DNA of 64,000 bases from Octopus vulgaris (Eukaryota). Position 1 is the stretch's first letter, and each line of letters starts with the position of its first letter. Shown in pieces: positions 27,046 through 41,479 of the stretch. Location: the NCBI GenBank assembly GCA_951406725.2, contig OX597821.1, positions 82,274,001 through 82,338,000 of the forward strand. The letters are read 5' to 3'. Position numbers and translations under genes: made by a program. Under the pieces are notes generated by a model. The model made no database searches. It saw only the letters and a list, made by a program, of their open reading frames with translations, and was not told the origin of the DNA.

Positions 27046-27469
27046 AATGGACTAAGTGCGTTTTATGTGGCACAAGTACAGGCGAGGTCACTTTGGCATG
27101 GTTTTTACTGCTGGATGCCCTTCCAAATGCCAGTCAGTTTACAGTGTGGATTGGATGCTTTTCGAGTGACCCAAGCACTGGCAGGGTCACCAAATAACTT
27201 GCAGGACAAAGATCTTTTAAGAGTGGAAGGGGATTTGGAAGAGGTGATCTTGTGTCAGATGATGAAAGGTTAGAGTGAGACAGAGAGACAGAAACAGGTA
27301 TCTTACTGTAGGGGAGATACATGGTCTTAGAATTCACAATCATATCTCATATTTGAGAAAGCAGGGAGTAAGGGGGATATAAAATATCATTCCTTCTCCT
27401 GTTGAGTCAAAAGACAAATTTCTTACTAACTTTGACTTCTGCTTAATATAAACAACAACAACTAGTTGT

Positions 27470-27505
<36 letters not shown>

Positions 27506-28249
27506 GCTTCAGAAGCTGAATCTGTAGAAATAATAATAATGGTGTCAATGATGATGACTGGGGTTGGGGAGGGGGAGTAGTGGCAGTTGTGGTTGTTGCG
27601 ATGGTAATTGTAGGGATGTGTGGTTAAGGGGGTTGTAGTGTAGAGCTTGTGATGACAAAGTCGGTGAGCGGTTGTGGGGCTGGTGGGGGGGGGTGCAGTC
27701 AGAGATGATAGTAATATATAGTGTAATTCACCTTTGAAATGTTAAACAAGCTTCATTACAGGATCATTAACTCATGGGAGGGGACAGCAAAGAATGGTAG
27801 GGGTGTGGAGGGATTTGAATCTTTCAGTTATTTTCTTCTGATGAATCTGATGTTGTTAATAAATATATGCGTATATGTGTGTATATGTATTTATGCACAT
27901 ATGTCAGTAAATATATGTATTAGTATGTGTGTGTGTGTGAGAATATGTATGTGTGTTGATGTATACATGTGTGCATATGTGTGTGCGTATGTACATGTAT
28001 GGATGTGTGTGTGTGTTGATATATACATGTGTGCACATGTGTGTGTGTATGTGCACGCATGCATGTGTGTGAGTTGATGTGTGTATACATGTGTGTGTAT
28101 GTATGTGCATGCATGGACATGTGTGTGTGTTGATGTATACATGTGTGCATGTGTGTGTATGTGTGTGTGCATGTGTGTGTATGTATGTGCGTGTGTGTGT
28201 GTGCATGTGTGCATTGCGTATGTGTGCGTGCGTGTGCGCACGTGTGTTA

Positions 28250-28480
28250 GGAGATATGATGTCTTTGAGGAAAAGCAAATGAAGCTTACTGCTCTGAAGT
28301 GTTGACCCCATGAGTAGGACCCAAATGCAGAACCTACAGAAACCCACCAGGTATTGAAGTGCAATGTGTGTGGAGAATTCTTTTTCTCAAGAGCTGGGTT
28401 TGTCAAACATCTAAAGTCACATGAGCCTGAGAGAAATTGAGCTGCTTGTGGAATAGTTCTACCATCATGCACACCACAGT
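28250..28480 (+). pseudogene. RTE-like LINE C-terminus relic with a C2H2 zinc finger
   Basis: The frame from 28261 reads VFEEKQMKLTALKC*PHE*DPNAEPTETHQVLKCNVCGEFFFSRAGFVKHLKSHE. The FE..R..R..CxxC..S..G...H...H pattern is typical of RTE/BovB ends. Confidence 0.65.
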
Positions 28481-28692
28481 ATTGAAACCGCAATCCTACA
28501 ACTGCGAGTCCGCTGCCCTAACCACTGGGCCATTGCGCCTCCACATATATATATATGTTTGTATCTGGGGATTTTGGTATATATGCATGTATTAATTTAT
28601 ATGCTTGTGAACATAAAAGAAATGTGTGTGTATATATATATAACCGTCCAACCCATGCTAGCATGGAAAGCGGACGTTAAATGATGATGATG

Positions 28693-29090
<398 letters not shown>

Positions 29091-30790
29091 ACAAACAAAT
29101 GCAAGGTCATCCAATAACATTTCATAACTCTTATACCGGTCTCTATTATCCCTTTTGTAAGCCTAATAAATCAATATCATATATTAATGTATCATCCAAT
29201 CACCCAAAATCCACAATGAACAGTATCGTTATGGCGATTCCAACTAGAATATCTAACTTACCTGCGAATGAAAAGATATTTGAACAGCATGCTCCGGTGT
29301 ATAATAATGCCCTAAGATTAAGTGGTTTCAAATCTAAAATATTTTATATCCTTAATACTAGACTCAAAAACAAAATGGCTGGTTTGCCATTTAAGCACGT
29401 TACAAATGCTATGAATAAATGCAGGGGACTGCAATAATAGGAGGCCCTTGGATAGTAATGTGTTTAGGGATACTCGCAATAGGTACAGGTATAAGAAAAT
29501 TAATAATTTTGACAAGGAGTTAAATAAAACGGGAGGTTCACGGCCCAGAATAAGGGAAGTTGTTTGGTTCGCTCCGCCTTTCTCCTTTAGAGTAAGGAAC
29601 TTACCAAAAATGTTTTTTAGAATTCTGAAGGAGAACTTCCTAAAGAATCATAAATACTATAGCATTTGCAACAAGTCAACGATCAAGTTCTCTTACTCTG
29701 TAATGCCTAACTTTGCTTCGATTATTGCATCAATCAATAGAAACAAGCTTGCTGGGCGAAATAGCTGGAAAAGTTCTTTTGTGGATGACCAAGGAACTGC
29801 GTATAATAATTTTGTAACGCCTAATGTCAATGGTACAAACAGTCTGCCTTCACCGGATCTATCGAACCCATGTAATAAGGGAATATTTGATGGAATGGAA
29901 GAGGGAAACTTGTCTAGAACTGGAGACACAAAATGTAAAGGTAACAATAGAAATAAAACTAGGAAAGGCCCCGGAAAGAAATATAATTGTAGAAACCCCG
30001 AATTATGTCCTTTAGATGGTTCCTGTCTAGTTACTAACGTTATATATAAATGTGTAGTCAAGGACGAGGATAGGTTAAATAAATTTTATATAGGTAGCAC
30101 AGTAGATTTTAAGGCTAGATATGGATCACATATGAGCTCATTTTCTATCGATAAATACTATAATTCTACTACACTTGCATCCCATATACACAATTTAAAG
30201 AAAATTATAAGAATTATTATCTAGAATGGTCCATTATCTCTAAAACCCCAAATTTCAAGGGAAATATTAACAGGTGTAAGCTGTGCATAAGGGAATCCCT
30301 TACCATCCTTAGGTGTTATGGACCGCACATTTTGAATAAATTTACTGATGTGATCCCCTTTTGCATCCATAAATTTTCTTCTACATTTTTAAAAGTGTAT
30401 AGAAATAAAATAAGTCATAGAAAATAAATAGTTTAGCTCTTATAGGGTTTGAAACCACGGAGGTTCAATTTAATTTAATTTAATTTAATTTAATTTAATT
30501 TAATACACCCATTTATTTTTATTTTTCTACTGCTTTATATAAAATAAATTTTTTTACTGCTTTAATTCTTTCTTCTGGGCTCGTCTGAGCATGACTGCTT
30601 CAATAAGAAAACACACAATATTGTGTTAAGCCTGCTACGCGATGATGTCTGTCTCTCTATTTTTTCCCTGACGAAGGAGTTATTAGCATGATGCACCCTA
30701 GTGCTTTAAACACAATAATATACCCCCAAAATGGCCATAGGGAATTTAGTAAATATGGTTTCCTCTTTTTTAACTATAAGGCCTCTCTTA
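29091..30790 (+). mobile_element. 5'-truncated Penelope-like element (Naiad-like): RT thumb, linker, GIY-YIG, 3' pseudo-LTR
   Basis: [32 protein letters not shown]; VWFAPPFS..NKSTIKFSYSVMPN; NCRNPELCPLDGSC..VIYKCVV..FYIGSTVDFKARYGSH..TTLASHI; then LEWSII..CKLCIRE..CIH after a frameshift. Disrupted near 29440 and 30200. Confidence 0.9.
30663..30744 (+). ncRNA. degenerate minimal type I hammerhead ribozyme motif
   Basis: TTTCC-CTGACGA...CAAAAT-GGCC-ATA-GGGAA, read as GAAAC-GGCC-GTA after CpG decay. Located downstream of the PLE ORF. Confidence 0.55.
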
Positions 30791-31318
30791 TTCGATAAGT
30801 AATTTTATAAGATTTTCTAAACGATGAACCTTTATTTTATTTTACATTATATATTTTTATTTTTATTTGCTTCCTATATTTATATATTTTTATATACCTA
30901 TATATTTATATATTACTTTATACTATATTTTTACGTTTTACCTTCTAGGTGTTGTAATGGGTTTTTTTAAAAAATATATTTTTCTTAATCGCTAAAGTAT
31001 TAACTTTTAACCGTGATGAACTGTATTCACATATATTCAAACATTTTTTCTCGCACTTTCTTATATGCTTGTACAGATGAATTATATTCCATCTTCCATG
31101 ATGTCTAAATGTATATTCTATGATAAATGTTCGAGTTATGAAATGTTATTGGATGAGCTTGCATTTGTTTGTTCTATAACTTTAGTTTGATATATTTGTC
31201 TCATTCAATTGAGCACTTCTATAGCAGTCCTATTAAACATTTTGTTCCTGATAAGAAACAATCACTGTATTATTGATATATATACATACATACATACATA
31301 CATACATACATACATACA

Positions 31319-31354
<36 letters not shown>

Positions 31355-31933
31355 TGTATGTATATGCACATCTTGGTATATACATAGGTGCGTTTGTTTA
31401 TTTGTGTTGAGTTTTTACTTATAACGTAAGAAAATGTTTCTGTAACATTATAAACACTTTTATCTATCAATGCTTATAAGTTTCTCAGTGTGCTTGCATT
31501 TGTGTATACAATATTGATGTTTATATATTTATGCATGCATTAATGCATACGACACTACTGAGGTGTGTAAGCACTTATGTCTGTATCAGTATAGGTGTGT
31601 GTGTGTGTGCATGTGTATGTGTGCACTTGTGCATGCATATGTGGCTGTGCTTGTATGTTTTAAGTTGCTATTCAGGAAACCAGGAACATCCCACAAGCTA
31701 CAGATCGATTAAAGGTTAAATCTATATCACTGATAAAGCGTTTGATGATTTCAGGTTGTTGTCAAAGTACAAAGACACACATGTGTGCTTGTTTATGTAA
31801 AAATCAGGAAGCAAAATACCCATTTTATGCTAACAGAAAAGCGTAGGTTACCCTCGGAATGATAATAAGCCACAACCTTAACCTCTTAGCCAGATTTGCA
31901 ACCAAGATGCCAGAATATTAAATATCAAATGAT

Positions 31934-31964
<31 letters not shown>

Positions 31965-31976
31965 TATGTGTAGGTA

Positions 31977-32042
<66 letters not shown>

Positions 32043-32061
32043 TACATATATATATACATAT

Positions 32062-32138
<77 letters not shown>

Positions 32139-32247
32139 GCTACATATATATATATATATACATATATATACATTTTTATATACATATATATACATATACA
32201 TTTTTTTTTTTTGCTAAAATGTTGTATTGACGAGTTTCGTTTTTTTC

Positions 32248-32333
32248 ACTTTCCCGAAGAGAAGATTGCATTGTTTATACCATTTATTCTTTTGAATAGT
32301 ATCAGTGGAATTTTCGAAACATGTGTCGAAAGT
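32248..32333 (+). ncRNA. minimal type I hammerhead ribozyme motif (U4 to C variant)
   Basis: Stem I ACTTTC/GAAAGT; core CCGAAGA; stem II GAAGATTGCATTG/CAGTGGAATTTTC; GAAAC-ATGT-GTC. Confidence 0.7.
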
Positions 32334-32375
32334 AAAAATACTTGTTTAAACCTGCGTTAACTCCATTTTTTATTC

Positions 32376-32428
<53 letters not shown>

Positions 32429-32432
32429 GACA

Positions 32433-32479
<47 letters not shown>

Positions 32480-32481
<2 letters not shown>

Positions 32482-32999
32482 TCTTTTATTTGTTTATTAT
32501 TTTTATTTGTTTCAGTCATTTGACTGCAGCCATGCTGGAGCACCACCTCGAAGGGTTTTAGTCAAACAAATTGATCCCAGGGCTTACTTTTTAAGCCTAG
32601 TACTTGTTCTATTGGTCTCTTTTGTTGAACCATTAGAGTTTCAGGGATGTAAACACACCAACACAGGTTTTCAAGTGGTGATAGGGGAGCTGGCAGAAAC
32701 GTTAGCACACTGGGTGAAATGCTTAGCGGTATTGCGTCTGTCGTTGCGTTCTGAGTTCAAATTCCGCCGAGGTCGACTTTGCCTTTCATCCTTTCGGGGT
32801 CGATAAATTAAGTACCAGTTACGCACTGGGGTCGATGTAATCAACTTAATCCCTTTGTCTGTCCTTGTTTGTCCCCTCTATGTTTAGCCCCTTGTGGGCA
32901 ATAAAGAAACAGATAGGGGAACAAACACAGACACAAACACACAAATACAGATATATACATACATGCATACATACATACATACATACATACATACATACA

Positions 33000-33035
<36 letters not shown>

Positions 33036-33186
33036 TGTACACAATGCGATTCTTTCAGTTTCCGTCTACCAAATCCACTCACAAGGCTTTGGTTGGCCTG
33101 AGGCTATAGCAGAAGACACTTACCCAAGAAGCTACACAGTGGGACTGAACCCAGAAACATGTGGTAGAGAAGTAAGATTCTTACCA
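32480..33186 (-). mobile_element. family A SINE (-) interrupted by a family B SINE (+, ~32684-32905)
   Basis: The A 3' part is at 32480-32680 and the rest at 32912-33186. The B copy reads GGGGAGCTGGCAGAAACG...GGGCAATAAAGAAA. Confidence 0.8.
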
Positions 33187-33287
33187 TTCTGTATTATATA
33201 TATATATATATTAGGACAACAAAAACTAATGTAGGACAAGTATCTCAAATCACTTAGAATATTTCATTAGGGTAAGGTGAATCTGAA

Positions 33288-33363
33288 GTCCTACAGCTGT
33301 TTCTGGGATATCCCAAGTGATAGGCTAGCATGTGCATACACTGGGTATTCTGTCATCAGAGAC
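33288..33363 (-). ncRNA. minimal type I hammerhead ribozyme motif
   Basis: The - strand reads GTCT-CTGATGA-CAGAATACCCAGTG...CACTTGGGATATCCCA-GAAAC-AGCT-GTA-GGAC. The core is intact but the base of stem II is mismatched. Confidence 0.65.
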
Positions 33364-33537
33364 GTGTCCTGCCTTGGTTTTTGTTGTCCCTTTTCCTCTA
33401 ATATAATATATACCTGCTAAATCAGAAACCTAATATGGATCCCCAGCTCCAGCATCAGCTGTGAATTTGGAACCTAATGGCTTACTAATTATAGCACTTA
33501 TTCAGCATTTCTATTCATTTAGGTCACCAGTGAACTA

Positions 33538-33948
33538 AACCTGTTGAGGCAAGTGAAAATCAAAATCAAAATCAAAATCAAAATCGAAATTGAAAACTCT
33601 CAACATCAATGGAAATTGTAGCTGAGATACCAGTGCCGGTGGCACGTAAGAGAACCGTTTGAACATGGCCATTGCCAGCCCTGCCCCGACTGGCCTCCAT
33701 GTCGGTGGCACGTAAAAAGCACCATCCGATTGTGGCCGTTTGCCAGCCTCGTCTGGCACCTGTGCAGATGGCACAAAAAAAGCACCCACTACACTCTCAG
33801 AGTGGTTGGCGTTAGGAAGGGCATCCAGCTGTAGAAACACTGCCAGAACAGGCTGGGCCTGGCACAGCCTCCTGGCTTCCCATACCCCAGTTGAACCATC
33901 CCACCCATGCTAGCATGGAAAACGGACGTTAAACGATGATGATGATGA
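33538..33948 (+). mobile_element. RTE LINE 3' UTR fragment with (GAT)n tail
   Basis: Collinear with 4513-4968, with an expanded (AAAATC)n run. Confidence 0.9.
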
Positions 33949-34238
33949 TATATATATATATGTACATATGATTGGCTTTCACACAGATTCACTCTATCAA
34001 ATTCACTCACAAGGAACTGTCCCAGCTGCTGTGCTGTGTGACTGAACCTGAGAACATGTTTTTGCAAAGCTTATAAATTTGATTACAGGTAAAATTAACC
34101 TCATTAAAGGATAGTAATATCCAATGAATTACTGGTTCATTACCTAATATTTGTTGTGAATAATAATAATATTCATGAGCCTGCTGAGATTATTCTAAAA
34201 TACAACACCTAATAATCTAATGGTATATCTTTTTTCTA

Positions 34239-34322
34239 TCCCTCTGATGGGATTTTGCCTATTATAATGATTTAATAATTGCTGTTTTAATCTTTAGGCT
34301 TAATTGAAACAGCTGTAAGAGA
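34239..34322 (+). ncRNA. degenerate minimal type I hammerhead ribozyme motif
   Basis: TCCCT-CTGATGG-GATTTTGCCTA...TAGGCTTAATT-GAAAC-AGCT-GTA-AGAGA (A9 to G). Confidence 0.55.
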
Positions 34323-34419
34323 CTATGCTGGATTTAGTAGATAATAAATTTTTATTAATTGCTATATCTCCATTTTCTTACTTTTCTTTTGTTTTTGCAA
34401 AGCAAGTTTCTTAACAACA

Positions 34420-34790
34420 CAGATCTGGTGCCCAACTTGACTAACTATGGTGAAATGTGTGGTGCGCCAGCTCTGCTTGTCTTCTCACCTTATCTTCAAC
34501 TTCATTGACTAGATACAAACTTTCATATGCCCTGTCCAGGTTAAGGAAGTACACTTCTTCCACTCATCAGCCAAAGCACCATTCAATGCCACATTTAAAA
34601 TCACAAATTCCCCCTATTATTCAAAACATAGAGGCAGGCTATGTACTCCCTCACCCTTTCATGAATAAATACCTTGGGTAAAATGCTAGTATCTTTCTCA
34701 GCGTACCTCCTCTGCACTTTCTCCATTTCCTGAAGTTGGCTCATATTGAGGAGCTCTTCATGACTCACAATGTTTGCAAAAGACAAAACA
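34420..34790 (-). pseudogene. CR1/L2-like LINE C-terminal relic
   Basis: QEMEKVQRRYAEK..FIHERV..LYVL..RGNL resembles the CR1 LEKVQRR..SY.ERL..L.SL..RR.RGDL motif. Confidence 0.6.
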
Positions 34791-36279
34791 TAGTTGTTGC
34801 TATCATTGTTGTCTGTATTGGTTTTCCCTTTAAATTAATGTTTTCAGCACAACTCTTTTTGTGCTTCCTGTAGTTAAATAGTGTTTATATTTGAAACTTT
34901 GTTTGTTTAATCTCGACAATGTTTGTGTTGTTTAAAGTCTGTTTTCTTGTTTGGAAATGATTGGTGATTGTGTTTGTTCAAATTATTGAAGCCAGGAAGA
35001 CCATTGCAATGGTGACCTTTCTCTGCTCCTTCTCAGTTCACTCTGAATCAACAATAACAATACAAATGGTTATCATTCAAAAATACACACAATGCTTCAA
35101 TGAAGCTTTTTGTTTTTTTTTTCCACTCTAGGGTAACGAGAGGGGTGTTTAAATATTCTGAAACCTTTGGTTGGTAAAATGACCCCAATTCCTACTCCAG
35201 AAAAATCTTTCTTTCCAGGTTCAGTTCTACAGCATGGTACCTTGGACAAGTGAATTCTACAACAGCCCCAGGTCAACCAATGGATTTGGTAAACAGAAAC
35301 TGTGTAAAAACTACCATGCAAATGCATGTGTGTGTGTGTGTGTGTGTGTGAAGGTGCTGAGTTGACAGAACCATTAGCATGTTGGATAAAATGCTTAACA
35401 ATATTTCATCCATCTTTAAGTTCTGAGTCAAAATTCAGCTGCAGTTGTCTTTGCCCTTCATCTTTTTGGAGTCAAGTACTGGGGTTACTGTAACTGACTT
35501 GCCCTCTTCCCACCAAATTTTAGGCTTTGTGCCTATAGCAGAAGGAATATATGTGTGTGTGCATGTGTGTGTATGTGACTGTGCTTGAGCACGTCCACTG
35601 CTTGCCAACTGGTGTTGGTTCATTTATGTCCTTATAGCAGTTATGGCAAAAGAGAAAGAATAAATACTAGAATTCAAAGAAATAAGTACTGAGGTTGATT
35701 TGTTCGACTAAAAACCTTTCAAGGTGGTGCCCCAGCATGGTCACAGTTCAACGACTTAAACGAGTCAAAGATCAAAGATAAAAGAAGTAAATCATGGAAG
35801 AAACCATCTCCTATATAGATCTCTGTAAAAACAGAAGTGTCACTTTTGCTGAACTGCTAAGTTATAGGGACATAAACACACCAACACTGGCTGTGAAGCA
35901 GTGTTGCAGGACAGACACAGACACAATGACACACACACACATTGATATAGATATATATATGTGATAGGTTTCTTTCAGTTTCCATCTACCAAATTCACTC
36001 ACAAAGCTTTGGTTGGCTATAGTAAAAAATACTTGCAGTGGGAGTGAACTGGGAAGCATGGGGTTGAGAAGCAGACTTCTTACCACACAGCCACGACTGC
36101 ACCAAGAACTGCAGCCTTTTCTTTTCTTTTTTTTCATTCTTGCTTCATCCATAGATATGGACACACACACACATGCACACACTTAGTCTGAGAAAGAAGA
36201 TTCATAGCCAAGGAATTTCTATGGGATGAAACTGAAGAAAACTTCTTAACCCTGCAACCATGCCTGTACTATAATTCAA

Positions 36280-36620
36280 CAACAACAACAACAACAACTC
36301 TGGTGATGACAATGATAGTGACGATGATGATGATGGTGGTAGTGGAGATTGTGATAGTGATGGTGGTGGCAATGATGATGGGGATGGTGGTGATGGTGGT
36401 GGTTGTGATAATGGTGGTGGCAATGATGATGGTGATGATGATGGTGGTGGTGGTGGTAATGGAGGTAGTGGTAGTTGTAGTGCTAGTAGTGGTGGTGGTG
36501 GTGGTGATAGTGGCAACAACAATGACAATGATGATGATGATGGTAGTGATGGTTGTGGTAGTGATGGTGGTGATGGTGGTGGTGGTGGTGGTGGTGGTGG
36601 TAGTGGTGGTGGTGTTGATT
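36280..36620. repeat. (GGT/GAT)n trinucleotide low-complexity tract
   Basis: Seen directly in the sequence. Confidence 0.95.
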
Positions 36621-36803
36621 TCTTTAAACAAACACAGTGTCTTCTACGTATGTTGCCCTGTCTGTATCTAATCGAAGTGCTGTGGTCGCCAGCCGCCAGC
36701 CGGCCATGTTGCTATCATCAAACTCTAATATGTTGTTGAATCAGTGCAGCGATGTGTGAGTGTTGCTTGACATCCAGTGAGTTATTTAGCGAGAGATTAA
36801 TAC

Positions 36804-36890
36804 AGAAGAAGAAGAAGAAGAAGAAGAAGAAGAAGAAGAAGAAGAAGAAGAAGAAGAAGAAGAAGAAGAAGAAGAAGAAGAAGAAGAAGA
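36804..36890. repeat. pure (GAA)n microsatellite
   Basis: About 28 uninterrupted GAA units. Confidence 0.97.
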
Positions 36891-36983
36891 GAGAAAGAGA
36901 GAGAAAGAGTGAAGCAGGAAGAGAAAGGGGTGCAGAAAGATACTGAGTTGAAAAGAGAGGAAGGGCAAGAGAGAGAGAGAATG

Positions 36984-37059
<76 letters not shown>

Positions 37060-37195
37060 CATACATATATATGTAAATATATATGTATATGTATGTATAT
37101 ATATATATATATATATATAAATATGTATATACACATGTATATACATATATATATATGAGTGTGTGTGTGTGTAAATATATATATATATGCAAATA

Positions 37196-37242
<47 letters not shown>

Positions 37243-37745
37243 ATATACATATATATATTGAGAGCACAGAGGGAAAAAATGAGAGATATACAGTTTAAGA
37301 GGGAGATAGTTGGTAAAAGCGAGAAAAAAAAGGGGATAGAGTACTGAGAAAGATATTGGGTAAAAGAGAAAGTAGGAAGAGGGTGAGAGGGTGAGAGAAT
37401 TCCAAGAATATGGTAAATGTGTTCCACTGCTTCATTACACACTTCATTGATGGAATCTCTTATTGAACATCTAGATCTCATCTCATCTCTTCAGAATCAT
37501 CATCATCATCATCATCATCATCTGTGTCGTCGTCGCCGTCATCGTCATCGTCGTCATCATCGTTATTATCGCTTCACTATGATGATGATCATCATCATCA
37601 TTACTGTTAGTATTTGTATGATCACCAAACCATCACCACCACCACCACCACCACTACCTTCCTTCTCCTCCTTTTTCTCATTACTCTCCACTACCACCAG
37701 CATCATCATCATAATCACCACCACCAACATACTTATAATCATCAA

Positions 37746-37783
<38 letters not shown>

Positions 37784-38488
37784 ATATGATATCCCCTACA
37801 GCATCACTATCATCTGTATGACCATCATGAATGCTGCTATCATCATTATCACCTTAGCCACAGCCGGTGTACGCACTGCCTTCAGGACCATCCAAGCAAC
37901 ATATTCAACATCAACATCATTATCCTCATTATCATTGTCATTATTAGTGTCTCATCACTACAACCACCACCAACACCACCACCACCACCACCACCACTAG
38001 CAACATCACTAGCAACATCACTACAACAGCCAGCATGATGACCATTCGGTCTACTACCACCTCCAACACCAACACCATCACTGCCATCAGCAACATCCCA
38101 TCATCACCAGTATCAATACCACCACCATCATCATCATCATCATCATCATTAATTCAACTCCTTCTTCTCCCAGCACCCAAAATCCCTCTGCTTCATCACT
38201 TGGACACTCCAATCCACTGCCTGAGGGACACCCCAGTTTCAAAGACACGGTTCCCCCACCGCCTTTCTAATGCCTCCCTCCAGCACACACACACATACAC
38301 ACACACACACACATATGCACACACACACACGCACACACTCACACATGCACTTGCACACACATACACGCACATGCACGCATGCACACACACACACACACAT
38401 ACACACAATACACGTGCAATTCCTCCAATCTGATGAGGAGGCATCCTTCCCACTTAATCAGTATTGCAACGCTACTCAAACACAACCC

Positions 38489-38529
<41 letters not shown>

Positions 38530-39028
38530 ACACAAACACAAACACACACACACACACACACATATCAATACCGGCACCATTACAGCAGCTTATTGCTTTC
38601 TCCTCCCCAACAGCTACCTCCTCTTCGAAATCACAGCAACACTTTCTATACTCCCACCAACACTCACTTTACCTCTGACCTCACCTACACCTCCTGGGAT
38701 CAATTTGCGTAAGAGGTTAGTACCAACCTTAGCCACAGATGCATTTTGTTTGATTTAGGTAAAGGGAAACTTCCGGGAAATCCATCAAACCTTTAATTAT
38801 AGAATCTGAATATATGTATGTATACACGGAATGTATTTGTATATATGTATATACATACATATGTACATACATACATACATGTGTATATGTATATATATGT
38901 ATGTATATATATATGTTTGCATGTGTGAATTGGTAACGATAATGATATTGATTGTGGTGGTGGTGGTGGTGGTGTTGGTGATAGCAGTGGTGGCAGTACT
39001 GACATACATACTTATATATATAGGTAGG

Positions 39029-39076
<48 letters not shown>

Positions 39077-39381
39077 TTATATAACAATATATATATATAT
39101 TATACATATAATATATACTATATATATATATACATATATATGTACAGAGAGGGAGAGAGAGAGACTGTGGGTGAGAGAGATAGAGAGATAGACAGAATAT
39201 ATATACACACACACATAATACATACATATAATTATATTTACACACATACATACATATATGTGTGCATGTGTATACATATATATGTATTTATATATATATA
39301 TATGTATATATATATATTTATATATATATATATATATATACATACATACATATACACGTGGATACACACATACACACACAC

Positions 39382-39429
<48 letters not shown>

Positions 39430-40200
39430 ATACATACATATCATCACATACACACATGCACACGTGTGTATTCAGAACAGTAAAGACAATTTATGTTTGT
39501 AATGTGAAACAAAAACAAAATTAAACCAATCACTACTATTTATCACCGACATCTCATTCCTTCATGTCCCCCCCCTACCAACCCTGCCAACCCCACATTC
39601 ACACTCAATGTCTGCAACAGCAGTGCCAGCACCACCACCACCACCACCACCCACTATTACCACCACCACCACTATTACCACATTCAATATCATTATCGCC
39701 ATCATCATCAAAATATTCCTGTCCCATCAACATTGCACCTACTATCTCTGATACCATTACTGCCACCACCACCACCATCACCTGATACACCACCACCACC
39801 ACCACCACCACCACCATCATTACCATTGTCTTCACTGACACCATCTTTTGTCTGTTGCACCAAACCATTAAGATTCTGTTGAACTGCAATTGAGTTTCTG
39901 TTGAGATATTTGCTATTTCTTCAGCTTGATCCCTGCGTGCCTGAGAATATTTATACAGACACATGCATGTATGTATGTATATATATGTGAGTTTGTGTGT
40001 CTGTGTTTGTCCCCCCAACATTGCTTGACAACTGATGCTGGTGTGTTGACGCCTCCATAACTTAGCAGTTCAGCAAAGGATACCGATACAATAAGTACAA
40101 GGCTTACAAAAAATAAGTCCTGCGGTCCATTTGCTTGACTAAAGGCAGTGCTCCAGCATGGCCACAGTCAAAGGACTGAAACAAGTAAAAGAGTAAAGAG

Positions 40201-40268
<68 letters not shown>

Positions 40269-40344
40269 CATACACATATATATATATATATATATATACA
40301 TACACATACATATTATATATAAATATATATACACACACAGACAT

Positions 40345-40391
<47 letters not shown>

Positions 40392-40479
40392 TATATATAT
40401 GTACATATCAACATATACAAATTTACAGACTACACATGAACACATATTACACTCGCACGGATAAATAAATGCATCTTTT

Positions 40480-40855
40480 AATCTTTTACTTGTTTCAATC
40501 ATTAGACTGTGGCTATGCTGGAGCACTGCCTTTGAGGGTTTTAGTGAAACAAATCAACCCCAGAACTTATTTTTTACCTTTTAAAACCTGGCACTTATTC
40601 TATCAGTCTGTTTTGCCAAACTGCTAAGTTATGGGGACATAAACAAACCAATACAAATACAGACAGAAACATACATATATAGACAAATGTACACATCAGG
40701 CTCCTTTCAGTTTCTGTCTACCAATTCCACTCACAAGGATTTGGTTGGCCCAGGGCAATAATAAAAGAGACTTGTCCAAGGTGCCATGCAATGGGACTGA
40801 ACCTAGAACAATGTGGTTGGGAAGGGAACTTCTTACCACACAGCTATGCCTGTGC
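40480..40855 (-). mobile_element. family A SINE
   Basis: Reverse complement of the family A head, core and tail. Confidence 0.8.
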
Positions 40856-41249
40856 TAAGCTATCATTCACAAGTAAATAAGACCTGGTATGACCCCTGCT
40901 TTCTCTAATTGTTTTAGGTGCTAATGTAATCACTGGTAGACATAGACGCTCTCTGAGAAAGTGGCACAATGAGAATATATGAACTGGTGATAAAAAGAAC
41001 TACACCAGCAGTCAGCTGGTATCTATTTTCAGCTGAGTTGACTGGGGCAATGTGAAATGAAGGGCCTTGCTCAAAGGATGCAATGTGCTGCCTGCCATAT
41101 GAATCAAGCCTATAGTCTTATGATAGATAGAGCAGCACCCTCGCCACAAGGCCACGTGGAACTATGTACATACATACATACACACATATGCACATGCACA
41201 TATGCACATACACACACACACACATGCACACAGATATTATTCAAGTTTC

Positions 41250-41466
41250 TTCTATATATTTGCCCTTTGGAATCTGATTCTGAAGGAATGTTTTTGCGAA
41301 TGAGCATATGTCTTTTAAGTCCAGGTATTGTCTTACAAGTTTTCTGACATATGACACAAGTCATAAGAAGTGGTTGGTGTCCAAGATCATTACCTATCTG
41401 GGCATTACAATTTTCATGTGACTTCATATGGTTCGTGTATCCTGCAGACAGCAGAACACGGTCAAA
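41250..41466 (-). pseudogene. relic with two tandem C2H2-like fingers, probably an RTE-type LINE C-terminus
   Basis: FDRVLLSAGYTNHMKSH...TCVICQKTCKTIPGLKRHMLIR. The first finger resembles the one at 28350-28425. Confidence 0.55.
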
Positions 41467-41479
41467 TATATATATCACG

